Of a stretch of 64,000 bases of DNA, positions 1 to 10,259 are shown in pieces. Position 1 is the first letter of the stretch; every line of letters starts with the position of its first letter. The notes beneath the pieces were generated by a model that did not search any database, was not told the DNA's origin, and saw only the letters and a program-made list of their open reading frames with translations. The stretch lies in the NCBI RefSeq assembly GCF_000150275.1, contig NW_002060943.1, forward strand, positions 6,874,299-6,938,298, written 5' to 3'. The position numbers were made by a program, and so were the translations under genes. Source of the stretch: Trichoplax adhaerens (taxonomy: Eukaryota > Animalia > Placozoa).

Positions 1-241
1 GATTAGAGCGAATACCAAAAGCAGTTGATTATATGAATTAATTCTAAACTACTAATACAATAGAGCTATGTATTGACAGCGAAAAATTCGACCTAAATCT
101 GTGTTCTATTGTATATTTATAAAAGTAGCCTATTAAAATAGTTTTTTAAAGATATAATAGTGAATCCGGTTGGATAGAGATAATAATATAACTGCTTATA
201 AATAAGTAACTTTGAAATAATCTATGTCCGCCAAATTTTAG

Positions 242-827
242 GAGTATCCCAGAAAGTCAAACTACATTTGCAATGGGAGTCGAAGGATTGATTTTTAGAA
301 TAGTGGGAGGATTACTCGGTCCAGTAGTCTACGGATATGTCATGGATGTTTCTTGCATATTATGGAATGAGGAATGCGATACTAGACAATTTTGTTGGCG
401 ATATGATAATAGCAAGCTCTCGCTCTACATGTTTACAGCAACCATTATTTGCAAAGGTATAAAATTAATTATTTACGGCTTGTTGTGGTATTTCCACAAA
501 CAGCAGGAAGTGGCTGAAGCAGAAGCAACCGCAGATCAGAAAGAAAAGCCTGTTTCAGATGCAAACCATGAAGAAACCAAAGAAAAAGAAGAGGCATTTG
601 ACGCAGAAGAAGAATTTAACAAGGAAAAAGAACTCTCTGATAAAGAGAAAGAAGCTAACAAGGAACAAGAAGTATCTGAAGGAGAGAAGGAAGTTAATAA
701 GGAACAAGAACTACCCGATGAAGATAAAGAAGTTAGTAAGGAACAAGAAGTATCTGAAGGAGAGAAAGAAGTTAACAAGGAACAAGAACTAGATACTTCG
801 TCTCAAAATGCTGAGCCACAAGCCTAA
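242..827 (+). CDS. SLCO: SLCO/OATP transporter copy 1, last coding exon only (upstream exons outside window)
   Basis: Acceptor tttag|G at 241/242 (phase 2). Reads SIPESQTTFAMGVEGLIFRIVGGLLGPVVYG..DVSCILWNEEC..FCWRYDN (OATP TM11-ECL6-TM12). Nearly collinear with the last exon of copy 3 (12805-13216). Stop TAA ends at 827. Confidence 0.93.
579..794 (+). repeat. 39-bp (13-aa) coding tandem repeat in the C-terminal tail of SLCO copy 1
   Basis: Units start at 618, 657, 696, 735 and 774 (NKEKELSDKEKEA / NKEQEVSEGEKEV / NKEQELPDEDKEV / SKEQEVSEGEKEV / NKEQELD), with a degenerate unit at 579. Confidence 0.9.
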
Positions 828-2550
828 GATACCTTCAAGAATACCAGTTTAATATCTAGATGTTAGTTTAATATTGCTAGATTTTTCTATAAAGCCAGAG
901 AATTCAATATTCTGCATAAAAGTAGAATATTTACCAGTGGTACTATTTTGCTACGAGAACAGCCATCCTACAACTAAGCAAATGAAATATGGTATGAAAA
1001 TTGCGTATATATATATATATAAGTTTTATTTAGTTTAGCTTCTTTGTATGACATTCGTCACTAAAATTGAAATAACATTGCTTATTTATGTACTGTACAA
1101 CCCAATTTGTCAAGTAGTGTAACGTGTTCTTTTGAAAACTGTTGTGTGTATTTTTATTTTTGTCTCCAAAATTGATATTCTGACTTCATTTTAAATAAAT
1201 ATGCTAACTTTATCGCAGTAGTATCTTGAAGGCGCAAATTTCAACCGTAGAATGTACCTTCATTTTGCCTGTACATCAAGCAAACAACTCAAACATGTTG
1301 CAAATCAAAATCTTGCATGAATAAGTTTATGATCTTTTTGAGCTAATAAAATTTTAATCATATTAACGCAAGCTATTCTAAATTACAGTATTAATATAGA
1401 AATGTTTAAAATATTGCCATTATTAGTACATGCGTATATGTCCTTTAATGCCGTTTTATTGTTGTATAGTGAATTATACTTTATAATGGCGGTCAGCAAT
1501 GCCCAAGGCCCTTACCTTGTCGAGTTTATATACGCATATAAGCATATATCTTTCGAAAAGTAATGCAAAATGATAAGTTTAGTTTAGCTATTGAAGAGAT
1601 TACTTAAATGAAATCACATATTGCAATCATTAACTAAGGAAAATTTATCATAGGTTATTATTATAACATCCACTCTTATGGTTATTCCATTTACTAGAAA
1701 TACGATTTTGTTTATTTAAGCGAAAAAGTTAATCATGCGTATATTACAAATAAAAGTCCATAGTTATCACTATCACAATAAAGATGATAATTCGTTTATC
1801 CATACGGAATAAATCTGAAGTATTCCGAGCTCAAAGCGGATTGAAGTCTTTCCTCCCATGTGAGCTCATCTCTGTATTTCTTAGCTACGTAACATCTACA
1901 TTTCGTTAAATCCATTTATGACAACTTGATTAATCTATAATCCGATATGAGTCATCAAACAAAATGCTGTTCTTAAATAGTACATCAATATTTTCTACAA
2001 TCAAAATGGTTCTACTTAAGATATCATTACTCTTCTATTAACGACTAGCCACTTTCTCCGAAAGGCATCTTAACAACTACAGTGTTTCTAGCCACATAAA
2101 TCTTATACTATAATTAGTCAATTGGCTAATATTAGTCATTAACAATTTCTAATATAGTAGTCAGCAATTATTAATACTCGCTTTACGATAATATCTATTC
2201 AAAGTAACCTAACTAAATCAAATGTAGCTATCCGCATAATCAAACATGGCACAGCACTACCCCGGAATAAAAACTTTTCCTTTTTTCTAATTTTCCAAGA
2301 ATAAGAACACAAGTACACGCCTTGTCTGCTGATTTTTAAACATTATATTTATTCAATTATCAGCAACCAAATCTTGAATTTTATAAAATTCCAATCATAA
2401 TCCTGGAGAGTAGCCGAGTAAACCACATAGTAAGTGTCAAAAAGTACTCTAACTTTAAAAATCTAACCGTATAGAATTTAGCTGTAGCAACTTCAACGTT
2501 AAATAATTATTCTATTCTCACTCAAAAAATTTCACTATATATTGAAGAAA

Positions 2551-5500
2551 ATGGAATTTGATGCATATCAAGAAATCAGAGATCAAACTCGGAAAAAGAA
2601 ATAGAATTTTATGTTTCTGTGAAATCCAATTCAGTTCATAAGCCTGCAGACGGTCAAAAATCAGGAACTGAAGAAAAGTAAGTACTTGAATCTTCAGAAT
2701 CGAATAGCGTACTGGTCAAGAAATCATGGTCGATCTAAAATCGGGAGATGATCAAAATGAAAAGTCCGATCTTGCAGAGCTTAACACAACAAGCTCAAAT
2801 CAGAAAAGACGAAAAACAGGAGAAGATGGCGCAGAATCTGCTCCAGATCAAGAATCTAAACACCAACAAGATTTATATATATAAAGTCATTAAAAATAAA
2901 TTTCAGACTCTACCGAAGATAATCTTAAAGTTATTGTGCAAATAGACTCTGGGAGGGACATCAAATTCATGACCGAGTAGATGCAGTATATTCGGTTAAA
3001 TTTGGCTGGCTTAGCCATAGACCTGATTATTTGCAATACTTTTAACTTGCCTCGTTGGCTGTTAGCTGTGCTTTCATGCCATCATAGTGAATATGGAACT
3101 TTTAGGATTCCGTGGCGTTGCAGTTCCGGAGATTGATAAGCGATTTGATATCAACATTTATCGGCTCTATTATGAGTACTGTCGATATTTCTAGCTAAAT
3201 TTATGATTTTCTAATAACGTACTATGTTGGATAACGTCATAAAAATAAATGAATTGGTTATAGAATGGTTTGCTTGAGCATTGGCTCGGCTATATTTATG
3301 ATATCCCATTTCCTTGCAGGGCAATATTATTATCTCAATATAGCCACCAATAATATACAAATGACTAGTATATTTTGCAGTTCAAATGATTTAAATACTT
3401 CTAATATTTTTATGCACTAGTGGAAGGCATCAGAGCTTACCATGGATTTATCTAGTAATATTCCATTGGAGGTCTATACTTTGCGGTATTGGTTAGGGTA
3501 TTCAACATGATGTAAGTTTGGCTTATATCGATGAAATGTTAGTCCTAAGATATCACCAGTATACATCACTGTCTTGCATGTGGTGGGACGGACCAACATT
3601 AGGCTAAGTCATTAGTGAAGTTATTACTAATATCTAATTCGATTGGCTTTCAACTCCAAAGTCCTATTAGCCTACAAGATTAGTTTATATAGCTCTTATC
3701 TGTAAGCAAATACAATAATCACATGTTAGAAATTAAAAATTTGAAGACGATAGATCTTCTAGTTAACTATACCTTGCATTGCTAATATAATGAGATATTT
3801 AACAGCTTAATTCCTTCAAAAATGTCCGAAAACTGATATACGCGTATTCAATCGATGCAGTCTAGAGCGACCTAAGCATATTACGAGTATAGTAAAGCTA
3901 ATTCTTAGGATCCACAATAAATCAGATTAGCTGGATTTATTAAACCGAACGAAGCTTTATTATAATATGAACCAAAACTGAAATAGTATCTATAACAAAC
4001 TATCGATAAGAAGAACTTCCGATGTACTCGATGAATACATTTACAAATTCAAGCTCAAGACCTATTAAGTAGCAGTAGCAGCGCTACAATCATACTTAAT
4101 CCATATCTCCACGCTTCCATGCGCTAACCGTAGGAATTGTAATACCATATCCTCTCAGGACACGTGCAACTAATCGTGGTCAACTAGGTGAGTATTGCAT
4201 GTTACTGTGGCATAAATTAGCAATTTCAATTCTATCTAAGAATCCAACTTCAATGCTAAACTCATGGCTTGACAAAGAGCAATATTTTAGAGCTAATTTC
4301 ATGAAGACATGCATTAATTATATCCTAATCATCTTACAGATCTGAAGCAGAATGATCTATGTTTGATTAATGCATAGTGGTTCTTAATTGTAGGCCTTAT
4401 AGCTATTATCACTTATGTATTATTCTTTGCATTTCCCCATCACTTACCTACTTACCAGAAGTAAATGAACAGACTAGCTCAATTAGTATCGGTCAATAAA
4501 GTCGATAACCAATATCGTAAACACTAGGCAAATTTCCCACGCACTCTTTACGACATCGCCAGCCATCGAATATTTCTGTTAGCTGTTATGGCCCTAACTT
4601 CTGACCAAATTCCTGCGGGTTGACCTTTCCACACTTTTACTAAAATATATTCAATCACAAAGTAGAGGATCTTTTCTAGTAACGACAACATTAATAGGTG
4701 TAACCGTTATAGGTAGCACTGCCATAGCACAAGCTAGTGTAAGGATTAAACTCAACAATATTTCTGAAATGTATCGTAGGAGTAGCATTTTTGTAGATTT
4801 GATTATTGTAATGTGCAGACTATGAATACGTTAACTCATTCTCCGCAATTGCATAGAAATAATACCAAGTACTGAATTGAACTTTCATATAACTATAGCT
4901 CAAATCATTGCTTTTTCAAATCTTCAACATCACCTAAGCCATAATTAAGACTACTTTCCTAATTCTTGCTGTAATTGTGACAAATTACAACCAAAGTGAG
5001 TAATATATTCTTATGAGAAGTTGATTCAAATTAAACTCAATTCAATCTTAATTATCTTATCTAACATTTTGGAGCGGAATTTTCATGATGCGGTGTAACT
5101 TACTTGGCTCCAAGATATCTTGTTTCTATTTCTATGCCGGTGTAGCAATCTCCTCTCTTCATTTGGACTACTTATGCACTGCAATAATCCTCTCAATACC
5201 GGCATTTATGTGTAATAAAGGACTAAAAGTGGAGTCCTTTATAGCTTTTAGTATGCAACTAGTATTATTTTACTATAGAAAATACCTATAAAGTGATAGT
5301 GTCTTTAAGTTTTACCCTGCCAAATTATCATGTCGTCATCTTTTCTTCTTCATTATTTCACAAGGTATTATATACAGATTACTATAGGAGTAGCCATAGA
5401 GCAATTGCCTAATCTAAAGAAAGGGCGTTTGATAGTCTATTCAAATTGTAAATGAATTTGACTTAGTAACAAAACCCTATCCATAGAGAAAGGGGATTTA

Positions 5501-7265
5501 TAACATGACAGTAAAGTACTGTAATGTAGTCTATAATCGTACAGTCACCTTACAACTTGACGCTAAAATATCAACTGTCAATACTAAGCGATACTAATGT
5601 CAGAAAAGTAGTCGTAGTAGTCATATAAAATTTCTTGATAAGCGATTACTGCGATCATTATAAAATCCGGATTTTTCGGATTCGGATTCCGGAACCGGTC
5701 GGATTTATGTCTGATATAATTTTTCTGTATTAATTTATCTGTTTTAATTTTTCTGTTTTAATTTTGGATTTTAGTTTATGAAAAATATCGTAAGAGTTGA
5801 TTTTTGAAATTTGATCTTTTTGTTGTGAATTTGAAACTTTGGAATTTTATGACGTGACACGAAAGTCACATTAGGAAAGTTTAGTTAGGAAAATAGAAAA
5901 TAAGATGGAAATTGGCAGAGGTTGTGTTGATTGTTAAGTAGTTAGACTGTTATTTTTATGACTAAATCTTGATGTTTAAAGGTTAATTTTTAGACTTTTA
6001 TAGTGTATTAATGATAGAAATTATGTTAGAAGTGAAGTTTGATGTATATTCATAGTTAACTTATAGGTTTTATAGTGTTTTGTAAGGGAATCGTAAGGTA
6101 AATTTTGTTTGAACTTTGAATGATTTTTGTTTTCTTAAATGGTGCAAAGTAGTTTTCTAAAATGGATCTTAAGAGAGATTGGTTAGTAAATACTTAGTTT
6201 TAAATACCTCTGACGGCTCTACGAAGCCTATAAATGATAGTGCAATTAGAAAATTTAAAGGGAGAGAGTAGAAGAAGATTCTTTTGAAGAACTTGTTGAA
6301 TTTAAAAGGCCTTCGGGGTCGAATTGTCGTAAGTTAAAACATTCTTCTTTTTGAAAGATTGTTTGGTTGTTAACACTTTTTAAGTCTGTCACTTATTTTA
6401 TTAATACTTAAAGATAATTATTTGTAAGATTGTTTGGTTTATACTTCTTTCCATTTTTTGGGGAATAAATTGTTGATCGATTATTTCCCCAAATTTTATT
6501 TGGTGTGATAGTTTCGACAAGTCGACCGGAGTGCAACGAAAGTAGAATCAAAGTTTATTAAAGTTTTGTAGCTTGATCTCTACACTTTTCATTTTATTAC
6601 ATGTGTACCTTATCCATCGCTATATAATAATACATTATATGTCAGCTTTTAGGTTCATTTCTAAATTTATTTAATAGAGCGGAAGCTAACAACTACCGAT
6701 GATCCTCTCGAAACTAATATGGAATTCATAATTTTAAATATTTAGGGCTATGTCTTAACGTACAACCAATTGCAACGTGTCGTGCAAAGTGCCATTGCGA
6801 TACTAATTTATTCAATCCAGTTTGCGGCACCGATGGAATAAGTTACCAATCTCCTTATCATGCTGGATATAATAACATGCTAACGACTGTCAATGCTGGT
6901 GTAGTGGGTAAATCATTTATGCGCATTTTGGAATATTTCATTCAATGTATAAGTGCAATTTTTTAACAGCTTAGCCATTTGGCTATTTAATTATTGCAAT
7001 ACTTCGACATTGCATTCGTTTTAGAAAATTATACAATAACGTATTAATAATTCTATCGTATGAGCCTATTACAGCTTTAATTTTTCAATTTCCGAATTTA
7101 CATGTTGTATATATAGTTGAGTTAATTATAAACTACAAAGTTGATCAGATAGCGACCAGGTTCAAGTGAAGGTTGTGCAATGATATATCCACTCATGATT
7201 GGTATCATGGTCATGATATTTAGTACCTTTATAGCATTTACACCCACATCAATAGTAATTTTATG
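2551..7265 (+). pseudogene. SLCO: SLCO/OATP pseudogene (copy 2), closest to copies 1 and 3; exon 1-5 remnants, last exon not found
   Basis: Nucleotide homology to copy 3: exon 1 ~2990-3661 (tttggctggcttagccatagacctgattatttgcaa...), exon 2 4340-4738 (DLKQNDLCLINA*W vs DLQPNDPRWIGAWW), exon 3 5073-5210 plus 6606-~6651 (acceptor mutated to GG), exon 4 6746-6907 (Kazal-like CRAKCHC..FNPVCGTDG..YQSP), exon 5 ~7110-7265. Many stops and frameshifts (e.g. gga-TAA-cgt-cat, aaa-TGA-att-ggt). The 5' limit at 2551 is approximate. Confidence 0.92.
5211..6601. mobile_element. 1391-bp insertion in pseudogene exon 3; solo-LTR-like or non-autonomous Ginger-like element
   Basis: Ends are TGTAATAAA...TTTATTACA (9-bp perfect IR, imperfect to ~24 bp), with 4-bp flanks tatg/tgtg. 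Removing it plus one flank restores ggc att tat gta cct tat cca (GIYVPYP), matching GVYVPYP of copy 3. T/G-skewed interior, ATTAAA near the 3' end, no ORF. Confidence 0.75.
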
Positions 7266-7659
7266 GTAAAAAAACCGTTTACGTTTAACAATTTGGTAAT
7301 GACTTTGCAACTTAAAATACAAACAGTCACAATTTCACTTCCGCGACAAGGTAACGTACAGTAAAAGTCTGTAAGTAGCTACTGACTTAAACGCCCTTTT
7401 ACTTAACTTTTAACACACACAGCAAAATACTGTAAAGATAAAACTTTTATTAGCAAAGACACATCTACAACTTTTTACCACCCCACTCAACTCAAATGTT
7501 CCTGTTTATGTAGGAACCGTCTAATTTGTAAACACAATAACAATCAATATCAAATATGTAATGAACTATCACAAACAACATCCACGCTAAGGCATTACTT
7601 ATCTTACCTAGTAGGAAAAACTGAACGATCATATATGAAAGAAATCCCTCTTTTGTAAC

Positions 7660-7930
7660 TTTATATAATTATAATTGAACACCTTAGCAATAATCGATCA
7701 AACTGCATACTATAGATAGAAAAAATTAAATATTCACGTTATATTATTGAACACCTTAGCAATGGTCGACTAATCTGTATAATCGAGATAGAAAAAAATT
7801 AAATAATTATTTGAGAATTAGAAATTCCCCTTCAGTATCGTTATATAATTGAGTGCCTTCGCTATAATCGATGAAACTTAATACTCTAGATAAAAAATGG
7901 AATATTCATTTTAGAAATAGAAATTCTCGT
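7660..7930. repeat. Degenerate 3-copy direct repeat (~65-bp core)
   Basis: The core ttatat(a/t)attga(ac/gt)(a/g)cctt(a/c)gc.at..tcga...t...agata.aaaaa.tt recurs near 7671, 7740 and 7841. Confidence 0.7.
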
Positions 7931-10259
7931 TTATTTATTCCACCCTCCTACCCATTACTTTAGTTCCGCTTTTACATCCTCGTATGGTTTACTGTCATAT
8001 AATTGAGTTGCAGCACAGCTACAGCATATTTAATTATTCTACCTTTTCCTACGCTAAAAGGAATAAAAGTTGTCTAGCTACCGATTTTGGCTTGGATCTG
8101 ATCTACAATTATTCTTAACTAATATTAAAGCAATATTCGCTATTTTCATCTAAAGTTTAGCCTACACTAAAAAGAGCTAAGACCTTTGAGTGATTGCAGC
8201 GACTGTTCCTTCAAACTATAATCGTATTTTTAAATAAATCGGATCGGATGCTTCGGAAGATTATGTGTTCGTTAAAATAGTAAGAAAGTGTAAGAGAAAT
8301 AAATTAGTGAAAAGTAATCTTTATAGCAGTTGGTGCGAGAAGGAAAACCAAGTAAGGCTATAGAGTATTCAGTGACGAAAACTAGTGGAATAGCTGCTGT
8401 AGTAGAATAGATCAGGCGTGCAAGCTTATCGTGTAGCTAGGAGAACAAACTAGATAGATGCATTAAAACAGCTTTTTATATAAGAAGAGCTTACTTTTAG
8501 ATTAGGAATTTCTGCAATATAATCGGATTGGAGTATTAATAGAATTGTACCGTGTCAATGTTAAATGTAAGACGATAAAATTTGAATTTACAATACTGTA
8601 ATGTAGTAGAAATTAACTTTCACTTATAGATTATACCGTCAATAGATAGAAGCGTACGCTATATCGGGTAGTAGTAGTTCTGCATTTATTTTAATTAAGA
8701 ATTTTAGTCATTTCAAAAGAGCCTTGCTAGTTAATGTAAATATTTTGATCTGCATTACTATAAGTAGAAAATGTTGAAATAGTATCATGATACCTTACTA
8801 TGTAAGTATTATCTTTAGTACCAGTAATGGCCTGACACTATTATTTATCAATATCACTAAGTAAGCGGATTGAGAATTGTAACAAGCCATCAACATTTGC
8901 AGCTTCAATGGAGACTTACGTAACTAGCACCAAAGTATCTATTTCTCATTTTAGCACGTATATACGATAAGGACGTGATAACTTATTGAAGAAATCTTAA
9001 TAAGAAAACTAACCGTTCAGTATAGGTTTTAATACTACTAAGGAAATCAGGTGTCTAACTGATAGGTCATGCTAATAATATAAATATTCAATTTTATTGG
9101 TTGTCGAATGCACGCTGGTAATATACCATATCCAATAAAATTAAAGTATCTAAAGGATATTAAATTATTGTATAAACAATTCTTAAAACATAAGTCAATA
9201 ATGGCGAAAACACCATTATACCCTTCAGGTTAAAAGGCTATCGCTTTAGTGAAATGACCTTGGTTACAGATCTCTAGGAGAAAACTAGGTTTTAATCTAG
9301 TGATCTACGCCTTATCTTATCAATAGAGAATGGTGAGATCAAGAACTATTACCTAGAACAGTCTTAATGCATTTATAATCGCTCATGAGAATTACAGTTT
9401 ACACTGTACTTATAAATTAAAGCATTACCTTATACTTCTTACAAGCTTTAAATCCATACAGAAATAGTAAAAAAAAGACGGTGAAATAAATCAATTTAAC
9501 ACATTTCATCAAGTGTATTCTAATTTATGCACTTTAAATCATAGGCTATGTATTGTCTATTAAATATGATTACGATAGGCCCAAATATCCTAATAAGCAT
9601 ATTTGACAATTGCAATATGTTATTTATTTACCTCATAACTAACAATGGATGCTACTTCACCCGGCGATATTCCTGCCTTGACCTTTCTGCGAAGAGTTGC
9701 ACGCCTACACAATTTTTCTTAACCTATAAAACTTGACAATGATTGGATTTTACAGCTTCATTTCGTGCCACCGTGCGATGAGAACGCCTGTATTTCAAAT
9801 AGGTAAAGGTAGCTATAGCTTAAGAAGTAAAATCCTTATTGTTACTAGTAAAGTTCTTCAGCGATGGCATCTTATCGTGATTGATTTTAACATAGTGCAG
9901 CAAAATAATTCGATTATGCAATTAAGATACGCGGTAGCTCAAGAGTACAAAAAAAAATTGATTTATGAAATTATTTACTGTAGCTTGTCTGTACAAACCT
10001 CATTTGTGTATTCGCTAAATTTAAATTTTGAATTTTGCATTTTCAATTTTAATAAGTTGATAGTAGGATCATAAAAGTAATAGAATAGAATTGTTTATCT
10101 CATTGAGCAGCCTCTTGTGCTTACCGTCAATAATATAACGCTGAATGCTTACGATTGACAATTTTATATGATATAGATATTCACATAAATCTACAAGAAT
10201 AGGTTTGAATACAGTTTCTGAATTTCTTGACCGTGAAAATTTCGTAAAGAACAAGAAAA

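Noticed and set aside
536-792. ORFs 536-778 (-) and 559-792 (+)
   Set aside because: Shadow frames of the purine-rich 39-bp repeat in SLCO copy 1.
2748-7322. ORFs 2748-2945, 5085-5291 and 7122-7322 as genes
   Set aside because: Off-frame, read-through or antisense pieces of the SLCO pseudogene and its insertion.
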